The notes beneath the pieces were generated by a model. It ran no database searches. It was not told where the DNA came from and saw only the letters and a list, made by a program, of their open reading frames with translations. DNA of 64,000 nucleotides from Octopus bimaculoides (Eukaryota). The stretch is from positions 55,477,887 to 55,541,886 of the forward strand of contig NC_068982.1 of assembly GCF_001194135.2 (NCBI RefSeq), in the 5' to 3' direction. The translations under genes and the position numbers were made by a program. Shown here in pieces: positions 53,534 through 64,000 of this stretch. Every line of letters starts with the position of its first letter. Position 1 is the stretch's first letter.

Positions 53534-55128
53534 GTAAGAAAGAAAAATTGTCTTTTCAACAGGAAATTTACATTTTATTTTCTATAGATGCTATCTAGGC
53601 TATTTGTTAGTATAAGCATCCTCTACATTATGAAAGAATGGAAGAGTTGAGTTCAAAAAATCTCACCATACATGGAGTTCTGTAATGTGAAACATATTTT
53701 CCCAGGTGACTTCCATATCAACTGGAAGTCAGTGGGGATATATATTTTTTTTTTTGTAGTTCAGAACTTCACATTATAGCAAGATTTTGAGGAGTGCAAT
53801 GCTTCAGTAACACAAAGCATACCTGTATATTAAAGTGTAGTATCTGACCTAACAATGATCAATTCTTTTTTTATTCATTAGCCCAAGAAGGAAGTAATGT
53901 TCTCAGAGCTTTTTAGGAATAAATAAGACTGATTTAGGTTATAACAGTCAATGCTTGATTTGTCTGTTGCTGGTTGCTAGTTGAGTGATAAAATACTCAG
54001 TTCTCTAAAAGGAAGTATTGGGAAAAGTGTTTAATAGAGGATGTGTATTAGGCACATTGCTGTACTCAAGAAAACCCGTCCACCACAACACAATTGAAAT
54101 CCTAAAACAAGATAGTGTGGGTGCTAGCGCCACATAAAAAGTGCTGGTGCTGGTCCCACACAAAAAAGCACTGGTAATGGTACCATGTAAAAAGCACCCA
54201 GTACACTCTGTAAAGTGGTTGGCATTAGGAAGGGCATCCAGCCATAGAGACCAAGTTAAAACAGACTAGGGAATCTGATGTAGCCCCTGGCCTTGCTAAT
54301 TCCTGTGAAACTGTCCAACCCATACCAGCATGCAAAATGGATGTTGAATGTTGAAGATGATGAGTCACAGTAGAGATGGTGGTAGCAGATGAGACATGTT
54401 CATTAAATGAAATCAGATGCAAGTGGTGGCAAATATTCCAACAGAATTGGCAAGGATGGTAGATTGCACTGGTATGGTCATGTGATGTGTATGGATGAGG
54501 ACAGTTGTATAAAGAAGTGACAATCTCTAACTGTGGAGGGAATCTGTGGAAGAGGTGGGACAAGACGGCGGAGTATGATTTTTGGTTATTGAGTTTCAGG
54601 GAAGTGATGACAAGTGACCAAGACCTTTGGCGATTTGCTGTGTTTGAGAAGCCACATCGGGCTAAGTCAAATCATAGTCGTGGCCAGTGCCAGTGACACA
54701 AAAGGCATCCAGTACACTCTGTGGAGTGGTTGGAGTTAGGAAGGGCATCCAGCCATAGAAACCATGCCAAAACCAACTATGGAACCTGGTGCAGTTCTTT
54801 GGCTTACTGGCCCCAGTCAAACCATCTTAGCCATGCTTGCATGGAAAACAGATGCTAAATGGTGATGATGATTGTATTGTAAAATCAGATATTGTAATTA
54901 GTTGCTACAACAGTTGTTCTTTTAATAACATGTTATACTATAAAAAGAACAATTGTCTAAGCAAAATCATTGCAAAGCTTCAGTTTTTTTAACTAATCCA
55001 TTGCTATATTGACACCAAATTCCTGATGAAATATGAAATAATCTGGTAGAGGATATTTAGTTTTCTAAACCTAAATCCTACAAAGTGCTCCTTCCTGTCC
55101 TACCTCCTTTTTCTGTTCCTTATTTCAG

Positions 55129-55267
55129 CCAGCCGATTAAGTGATTACAGACTAAGACGAGAACAAAGCACCAACAATCTCTGCAGTTTGATAATTGATT
55201 CTGGTTATTCATTCAGCCATCTAGTTCCCTACATGAAGGGGAAAAAAATAACAAATGCTGTTAAAAG
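55129..55267 (+). CDS. ACTR6: Actin-related protein 6, coding exon 5
   Basis: (A)SRLSDYRLRREQSTNNLCSLIIDSGYSFSHLVPYMKGKKITNAVK(R); TTTCAG|CC acceptor, AG|GTGAA donor; 139 nt keeps frame. Confidence 0.92.
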
Positions 55268-57256
55268 GTGAACCACATTACATTAAAATTCTCTTCATTT
55301 TCTGTATCTTTTTTAAAATTATATTTCATGATGTTGCTTGGGTAAAAAGTGTAAATGGAACGATAGCAGTGCATTTGTCCTCACTAACATTGTGGCTTGG
55401 AAATGTTACTATGAGAAGTTGCTGAAGGAGGAGAAAGAAGGCCTATTCCAAATACTAGACCTAACAAAAGGATTAACTATTGAAGTTGACATCTATACAG
55501 TTGAAAGCCTAATTTAAGGACAAGGAAACAGAGAAAGCAGTTGACCAATCAGTAGTTAAGGTGTTGAAAATATCCAACAATGTAGGGCATGCACTAATTA
55601 CTTGCATATCCAATCCAGTAGTACAGAGAAGTGTCATAACCAATGGCTTGCATATCAGTATCATCATTAACTACTACAAGAGCAAATGCAACTTCAGGGC
55701 CATCAACCTGATGGACCAGATGATGAAAGTAACAGAAACAGAAGGAATTATAGCACAACTGGTTAGGAAGAGATGTAGTAGTTGAGGTTAGTGCTAGGAT
55801 GTGGTATTACCTGTACCCTCTTTCTGGTGTGACAGTTACAAGAGTAGTTCTTAACTGAGAGCAAGCCACTGCATCTGCCATCCATTGATCTGGAGAAAGT
55901 CTTTGAAAGTGTATCACGCTCTGTCGGTACATGAAAGCACCTGTGCTGGTGCCACATAAAAAGCACCCAGTACACACTGTAAAGTGGTTGGTGTTAGGAA
56001 GGGCATCTAGATGTAGAAACCATGTTGAAACAGACAATTGGAGCTTGGGCAGCTCTTCAGTTGGCCAACTGTCCAACCCATGCCAGCATGAAAATCAAAT
56101 GTGAAATTATGATGATGAATCATTTGTCACAATCTTTTCGCACTCTAGCGCACTTACCTACTCACCCACCTTTTTTCTGTTCCTCCCTATTCTCTCTCTC
56201 CCTCTCATATTCATCTTGTACCTTGAGGGTACATACTCATCATGTTTCTTTCTCCAGCTGTAGTCACCACTTCAGCAAGACACCTGTTGCTATTCCTCTA
56301 TCATAATTTCACATCCTTCAATACTTTACACCACATGGATGAGGGTTCTTGTCTTGCGAGTATTTGGCGACCACACAAGTGATGATGCCATGAAAAAAGC
56401 ACCCAGTACACTCTGTGAAATGGTTGGCATCAGGGAAGGTATTTCATTGTGGAAAACCATGTAAAAGCAGACATTGGGGCTTGGTGTAGCCCTCTGGCTT
56501 ATTAGTTCCTGTTGAACCATCTAACCCATGCTAGCATGAAAAAAGGCACATTAAATATTGAGGATGGTAATGATGATATGTATATATTTATAACTGGCAC
56601 GCTGTTGGTTACGATGATAAGGGTCCCAGTTGATCTGATCAACAGAACAGCCTGCTTGTGAAATTAACGTACAAGTGGCTGAGAAGTCCACAGACAGGTG
56701 TAACCTTAACATATCACATCCATATCTGCTATAGCTGATATGGATGTGAACTATGTTCCATGGAAACATATGACATTTTAAAACTTAGAAACAATACTAA
56801 CCTGATTAATAACAGATTAGACCTTAGAGTATCATATTGAAATCAAAATGGAAATTGTAGTTGTGGCCGATGCCAGTGTCGCATGACTGGCTCCCCGTGT
56901 GGGTAGCATGTAAAAAGCACCATCCGAATGTGGTTGATGCCAGATCCCCCTGCCCAGATTGGCTCCTGTGTCAGTGGCACATAAAAAGCACCATCTGAAC
57001 GTGGCTGGTGTCACCTTGACTGGCTCCCATGCCGGTGGCACATAAAAAGCACTCACTACACTCTTGGAAGGGTTGGCATTAGGAAGGGCATCCAGCTGTA
57101 GAAACATTACTAGATCAGATTGGAGCCTGGTGCAGTCTCTTGGCTAGCCAATCCTCACTCAAACCATCCAATCCATACCAGCATGGAAAACGGATGTTAA
57201 AAGATGATGATGATGATGATGATGATATATATATATGTACACACACAAATGAGGGT

Positions 57257-58110
57257 ACATCATCATCATCGTTTAACGTCCGCTTTCCATGCTAGCATGG
57301 GTTGGACGATTTGACTGAGGACTGGTGAAACCGGATGGCAACACCAGGCTCCAGTCTGATTTGGCAGAGTTTCTACAGCTGGATGCCCTTCCTAACGCCA
57401 ACCACTCAGAGAGTGTAGTGGGTGCTTTTACGTGTCACCCGCACGAAAACGGCCACGCTCGAAATGGTGNNNNNNNNNNNNNNNNNNNNNNNNNNNNNNN
57501 NNNNNNNNNNNNNNNNNNNNNNNNNNNNNNNNNNNNNNNNNNNNNNNNNNNNNNNNNNNNNNNNNNNNNNNNNNNNNNNNNNNNNNNNNNNNNNNNNNNN
57601 NNNNNNNNNNNNNNNNNNNNNNNNNNNNNNNNNNNNNNNNNNNNNNNNNNNNNNNNNNNNNNNNNNNNNNNNNNNNNNNNNNNNNNNNNNNNNNNNNNNN
57701 NNNNNNNNNNNNNNNNNNNNNNNNNNNNNNNNNNNNNNNNNNNNNNNNNNNNNNNNNNNNNNNNNNNNNNNNNNNNNNNNNNNNNNNNNNNNNNNNNNNN
57801 NNNNNNNNNNNNNNNNNNNNNNNNNNNNNNNNTCCACGGGTTCCCTCAACTGTTAGGGTGTGGCACTTTTTCACGCAGCTATCCTCCTCCATTCTCACCA
57901 CATGTCCATACCAGCGCAATCGTCTCTCTTGCACGCCACAACTGATGCTTCTAATGTTCAGCTTTTCTCTCAAGATACTTACACTCTGACGGGTATTCAC
58001 ATTGACATTACACATCCAACGGAGCATACTGGCTTCATTCCTTGCGAGCTTACGTATGTCCTCAGCAGTTACAGCCCATGTAGCATGGTTGTTCGTACGC
58101 ATGCGTCGTA
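57257..58110 (-). mobile_element. Young 5'-truncated RTE LINE, antisense in intron 5 (N gap 57470-57832)
   Basis: (CAT)n tail plus 3' UTR nearly identical to 63895-64000; ORF piece RNEASMLRWMC..RRLRWYGHV. Confidence 0.85.
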
Positions 58111-58935
58111 CAAGTAAATTTTCCTTAGTTATGAATTTAGTGTACAGGTAGGTCCTCACCAAGGCTTGGTTCTCAGCCCCTACCTACAGGCCATGATCAA
58201 GAAATTTTAGACTGGCAGCCCATGTGAACTGGTAAATGCTGATGATCTTGCCCTCATGGCAGAATCTAACAGAGTTAGAAAAGAAAAGGTGCTGGTGCCA
58301 CATAAAAAGCATTGATGATGATGCCAAGTAAAAAACAGTGGTGATGATGCCATGTAAAATGCACCCAATACAGCCTGTTGAGTGGTTGGCATTAAGAAGA
58401 GCATCCAGGTGTAGAAACCAAGCCAAATCTGACTATGGAACCTGATGTGGCCTCTGGCCTTGCCAGATCCTGTCAAGCCATTCAACCCATGCCAGCATAA
58501 AAATGGATGTTTGATGATGTTGANNNNNNNNNNGATTACAACGACGATGAAGAAGGGCTTATTTCATCTCCTTCCAAATCCACTCACAAGGCTTTGGTTG
58601 GCTCAGGGTTATTGTTGAAGTTTGAACCTAACACCATGTTGTCAGGAAGCAAACTTCTTAGCCACACAGCCATGCTTGCACTTGGCACTTGGAATAAAAA
58701 TTAGATGTTAAAAAGACTGAAGATATTTATAGTCATGTTCAGTTATTTAGAGCCAGCCATGGCCAGTGAGTTGGAACCATTTAAAAACTGTGGTAGTACA
58801 GGAAATGGTGTGAAAGCTTTGTGATAAGCACACTGAAAATATGAATTTATTAGTTTTACATCCTTTCTGTTCTCATTTTTTCATCATTTTCTGTTGTTTT
58901 TTTTTTTTCATTTTTTTAATTCTTTATTTTTTTAG

Positions 58936-58992
58936 GATTAATGTTGGTGGGAAAATATTGACAAATCATTTGAAAGAAATAATATCTTATCG
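58936..58992 (+). CDS. ACTR6: Actin-related protein 6, coding exon 6
   Basis: INVGGKILTNHLKEIISY(R); TTTAG|G acceptor, CG|GTAAG donor. Confidence 0.95.
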
Positions 58993-59248
58993 GTAAGCAT
59001 GTTTATAAATATATCGTTTTTTTGGATGTCCATAAAGTTTTAATGATTTTTTTTTTAACAAACTGCCTGTCTAAATTTGTTGGTAGTTCTTTTAGTTAGT
59101 GTTGTATTCCTGTTGAAATAAATGGTATTTTTCTGACACTTTTTGAACACTTCAGTCTGCTTGCATTAAAATGAAATGCAAGGTATTGTACTCTGTTTTA
59201 AATTTTTTTGACTGCTGATTAAATTTGTCTTTGTTTTTTTGTTGCTAG

Positions 59249-59347
59249 GCAACTGATGGTTATGGATGAGACATATGTTATCAACCAGCTTAAAGAAGAT
59301 GTTTGTTTTGTATCTCAAGACTTCAGCAAAGATATGGAAACAGCAAG
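59249..59347 (+). CDS. ACTR6: Actin-related protein 6, coding exon 7
   Basis: QLMVMDETYVINQLKEDVCFVSQDFSKDMETA(R); CTAG|G acceptor, AG|GTGAA donor. Confidence 0.95.
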
Positions 59348-59975
59348 GTGAATGTTAATATTTGCTTAGATTTATGGATTCTCCTAAGTAAACAATAGTT
59401 TTCAATTTTGTAAGATTTACACACACACACACACACTTATATATATATTAATGTTTGTTTTTATGTTCAGTTATGATAATAACAATTTTACATTAATTTA
59501 ATGAATTACTCTAGACTTTTGTAGAGTACAAATTTATCATTCTTAAACAAGAATGTTGTTGATAATGACTTCGAAGTTTCAGCCAGCTAAACCATTGTTG
59601 GACTGGCAGACTGGCCAAAATGTCAAAGTCGCTGTCAACAACTTTTTTGTTTAAAAATAATATGTATATTTAAAGGGCAGCTGTGCCTCTGTGTGTGTGT
59701 GTGTCTCCTTGTCTGGACATCACATGATAGTTGTAAACCAATTTTCTATGGAAACATTTTTGTCCATTTGGAAATATCACTTTGCTTAGAAACACATGAG
59801 GGTTGGTAACCAAAAGAGTATCTGGGCAATAGAAAAATGTTCCTCAACAAATCCTATCTGATCCATGCAAGTATGGAAAATTAGATATCAAAGTGATGAT
59901 GAATAATGATGATTTTTACTAAATATCTCCCTTTGCTATTTAAGGATTATGTTCTTCATAATCTATACTATGCAG

Positions 59976-60096
59976 ATTAAACAGAAAGGATAATTCCATT
60001 GGACGAGATTATATATTACCAGATTACACAAATATCCACCGTGGCTATATGAATTCACTTGAAGAATCTACTGGAAAGTCTAAAGAAAATGAGCAA
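59976..60096 (+). CDS. ACTR6: Actin-related protein 6, coding exon 8 (gene continues beyond the window)
   Basis: LNRKDNSIGRDYILPDYTNIHRGYMNSLEESTGKSKENEQ; TGCAG|A acceptor, CAA|GTAAG donor. Confidence 0.92.
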
Positions 60097-60379
60097 GTAA
60101 GTATCTAACTTTTTATTTTCTTTCTTGTTAGAAATGCCATTTGTCAACAAATTATTGTTTCCTTCGTTCAGTTTGGGAACTTTTTGCATATATTTCTTGA
60201 AATAGTCATTTAAATGCTTATGTGGTATACCTAACTTTGCAAGGGCATTTGAGGAAGTTGGTTTAGTAATTGCATATAATCATGCAGTACGTAAGTGAGA
60301 CATTATGGGAGAAATTTGAGGAACCCCTGTGACATATTAAAGAAATGAGTTAAGTTAGTGCACTTGCATTATATACAAG

Positions 60380-60722
60380 CACTCCGTTGCTTATGACGTC
60401 GAGGGTTCCAGTTGATCCGATCAACGGAACAGCCTGCTCGTGAAATTAACGTGCAAGTGGCTGAGCACTCCACAGACACGTGTACCCTTAACGTAGTTCT
60501 CGAGGATATTCAGCATGACACAGTGTGACAAGGCTGAGAGAAAGAGTGAGAGAAAGTTGTGGTGAACGAGTACAGCAGGGTTCGCCACCATCCCCTGCCG
60601 GAGCCTCGTGGAGCTTTAGGTGTTTTCGCTCAATAAACACACACAATGCCCGGTCTGGGAATTGAAACTGCAATCCTATGACCGTAAGTCCGCTGCCCTA
60701 ACCACTGGGCCATTGCGCTTCC
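60380..60722 (-). mobile_element. Full-length tRNA-derived SINE (family of 13917) in intron 8
   Basis: 12-bp TSD ATTATATACAAG at 60368-60379 and 60723-60734. Confidence 0.9.
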
Positions 60723-61004
60723 ATTATATACAAGAAGGGAGAACTAAAGTCACTTTTCTGAGATTATTACTTTTTGTAATAGCTTTTACAAATATGAAAA
60801 ATCAAGCCCCTTGCACCTAGCTACAATCATGGCACTTGAATTAGCAAGGCTTTTAAAAGTTAGTGGCAACATTAAATAATTGGAACAAAAGCATGGTATC
60901 AAATGTACAAGTAATTTTATGAGAACATGTATTTTATTGCTTAAATCAAGCCTGTATATCCTGTGAAACCATTGATATTTTTGTAATGGGTTAGTTTGTT
61001 ACAG

Positions 61005-62090
61005 GTGTGGCTATGTGGTTAAGAAGCTTGCCTTGCAACCACATGATTTTGTGTTCAGTCCCACTGTATGGCACCTTGAGCAAGTGTGTTCAACTGTAAC
61101 TCCAAGCTGACCAAATGTCTTGTAAATAGATAGTAGATGGAAAGTGTGTGGAAGCTTGTATATCATCATTTAATGTCCATTGTCCATGCTGGCATGGGTT
61201 GGACGGTTTGACCGGGCTGGCACGCTGGAAGGCTGCTCTAGACTCCAGTCTGATTTGGCATGGTTTTCTATGGCTGGATGCCCTTCCTAATGCCAACCAC
61301 TCTGAGAGTGTAATGGGTGCTTTTACTTGCCACCAGCACAGGTGCCATTTGCATAACACCATGGTGCTTTTACATGATACCGGTATCTGCCACCACTGTG
61401 ATTTTGCTCAGCTTGATAGGGCTTCTCAAGCACTACATAATGCCAAAGGTCTCAGTCATTGCCTCCATGAGGCCCAACACTCGAAAGAAACTCAGCCACT
61501 TTGCCTCTGCGTGACCTAACGCTCAAAAGGAACTCAGACACTTTGCCCCCATGAGGCCCAATGCTCGAAATGTGTCCTTTACATGCCATTAGCACGGGAT
61601 GCTCTTAGCTTGATGGGTCCTTTCAAGTACAACTCATTGCCAAAGGTCTCGGTCACTATACGTATATATCATCGCCATCATCATATGTCTGTTTTCCATG
61701 CTGGTATGGGTTGGATAGCTTGACAGGAACCGGCAAGGCCCAAGGACCACATCAAGTTCCACAGTCTGTTTTGGCTTGGTCTCTATACCTGAATGCCATT
61801 CCTAATGCCAGCCACTTTACAAAATGTACTGGGTGCTTTTTATGTGGCACCATCACCAGTGCTTTTCACGTGGCACCAGCACCCACACCAATGCTTTTTA
61901 TATGGCCATTTGTTTTTAGGATCTCAATTCTGTTGTGGTAGGCAGGTCTTCTTGAGTACAGCAATGCACCACATATCTTCACCTTCTGTCATCTCCTTCA
62001 TAAGGTTCAGTGTTTTGAGATTGACCTTCAATACTTTATTCTATGCCTTCCTGGGTCTCCCTCTTCTGCAGGCTCCGTCCACTTTAAGTG
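61005..62090. mobile_element. Cluster: SINE head (+, about 61005-61155) and two antisense RTE 3' ends (about 61160-61640 and 61680-62090)
   Basis: Homology to the SINE and RTE 3' UTR families listed above. Confidence 0.7.
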
Positions 62091-63894
62091 ATATATATGA
62101 CTATATATGTGTGTGTATATGCTCAATAGGTAAGAGCTAGATAAGCTCAGTATATAAACCACTCAGTAGTGTTTGAATGAATTTGAACTTAAACTTTGAC
62201 TTCTTTATCCAGGCCAAGGCCCACAGTGTCAGGAATGACTCTAAGAGAAATTCAAATCAAACTGATATGGAGGTAGTAATACAGATAAACACACATAGGC
62301 TTGATTTATATATATATATTTACAAAAATATAAAATAATGTATGTGTTTATGTGCCCGTAACTTAGTGGTTTGGCAAAAGAGACTGATAGATTACTAGGC
62401 TTACAAAAGAATTAGAAAGAATTAGCCAGTCTAGTTTAAATTTAAACTAGACTGGCTAATTCTTTCTATTTCTAGGCCATATGAAAAGGGTGGAAAATTC
62501 TGCTCATTATGTAATAACGAAATGTACTTTATTTTATTTTCAAAGAATAAACTGGTAAACACGTTCATTGAAAACTCTTACAGATGTAAACATTGGCAGC
62601 AACATGTATTTTCAGCATTTAAATAACATTCACTTTTTTACAAAACGCTATCACATTAACCCGTAATACACGAGTTCCTCAAATAGTTCTAGTAAAACAT
62701 ATCATTAACTCCCTCATATGTTAGAAGATAAAAATTGATTACGATTGACATAATTTATCTAAACATTCTTTATTTATTAACCTAAATTAGGACACATAAA
62801 ATCTTTGAACATAAAAAAGCACATTATTTTTTGGTTTATTTCATAGTAAAATTCACCCATAATAATTACATATTATGCAATGCTTTATTAACCTTACTTC
62901 TTCTTTTCCATACTTAATTATACCTCAATATCAATATCATTAATTTACGACTTCCAATTTATTCACCAATTTGCTTAGCAATAATAAGAGTTATTTATGT
63001 TCCTGGCTTTTTTAATGAGAGTCTTCTAAATCTACGATCATAATTCATCATTTCAACGTTTCTAGAAACATCTTCAATTTTTTATCATACATAGTTTAAA
63101 TATTTATTCTCGTAACAAAACATATCCCAATCATTTTAATATCTCATTATTTGACGAAAAATTTACTGGTCAGCATAATATATTGTGATTTTCAAATCTC
63201 GATAAAACTTTTACACTAACAAATATGTTACGGAATTACCTTAGTAAACCTTATTTATAATTTTGATTTTGTCTTCTTAAGCAAGTTTTACTCTTTCAAC
63301 CCCTAATTCAGCCCAATTTTTCTAACATATAATTATAAAGTAATCATTTCATGTGAATTAATGGACAACCCATTAACTTTATTATTCTTTAATTCATTAA
63401 TTAATTTTCATTCATGTAACATCTCATTCACTTATATATGAATTACCTTCAGATAAATATCCCTCTACTTTATTAATAATTTCCACACATCAACAGTTAT
63501 TCATACGTACTTGGGAGTATATTTAATGGCGTATGAGTATCTATATAAATTCATGTAACAACAAATACATAAAATATATATGTATGTATAATGGTACGTG
63601 TATAAGTGTTTATATGTACATGTGTATCTGTGGGACAGTGTGTGTATATATATTCATGTTTTTGTATGAAACTAGATGTGTTTGTATAGATTTTTGTGTA
63701 CATATATGTATTTTTATTTTAATTTTAATTTTTATTTATATTGCTATTATTTATATAAAAAATATATAAATATGCATGTATGTATGCTTAATTGGATGTA
63801 TGTATATTTTTGTGCACAAATATATTTATGCAACTTTTTATATATATTCATATATGAGTGTATTTGTGAATATGTATGGGTGCGTATGTGTGTA

Positions 63895-64000
63895 TCATCA
63901 TCATCATCATCATCGTTTAACGTCCGCTTTCCATGCTAGCATGGGTTGGATGATTTGACTGAGGACTGGTGAAACCGGATGGCAACACCAGGCTCCAGTC
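63895..64000 (-). mobile_element. RTE LINE 3' end running off the window
   Basis: (CAT)nCGTTTAACGTCCGCTTTCCATGCTAGCATGGGTTGG, matching 57257-57360. Confidence 0.85.

Noticed and set aside
55300-55460. Possible extra ACTR6 exon
   Set aside because: Resembles a degraded RTE fragment (AWKCYYEKLL); exons 5 and 6 already join in frame
62160-62290. Candidate ACTR6 exon 9 after TTTATCCAG
   Set aside because: No similarity to the expected NERF..PE..F.PSDIG continuation in any frame

Overview
AT-rich, repeat-dense eukaryotic DNA with about ten N gaps. It is most likely an octopus (coleoid cephalopod), inferred from the mitochondrial insert and the SINE/RTE families. One host gene is supported: ACTR6/ARP6 on the + strand, with eight coding exons at 45935-60096 assembled by eye using GT-AG junctions and continuous frame; the rest of the gene lies beyond the window. 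The first 45 kb has no supportable host exon and consists of transposon debris: RTE and R4/Dong-type LINEs, three Penelope-like elements, Tc1 and mariner remnants, nested Helitrons, solo LTRs, tRNA-derived SINEs, MITEs and a 1.4-kb NUMT (cox1-cox2-trnD-atp8). The most unusual observation is three GG-starting TIR elements with 8-9 bp target duplications that carry TTAGGG telomeric repeats internally; one is a near-perfect 197-bp hairpin in ACTR6 intron 1. Others are a Penelope-like element with about 500 nt of low-complexity sequence inside its GIY-YIG motif, an RTE LINE ending in three C2H2 fingers, and an unexplained CpG-rich structured 120-nt island. No CRISPR array or prokaryotic system is present. 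Most boundaries were read by eye and are approximate unless a TSD or splice site is cited.
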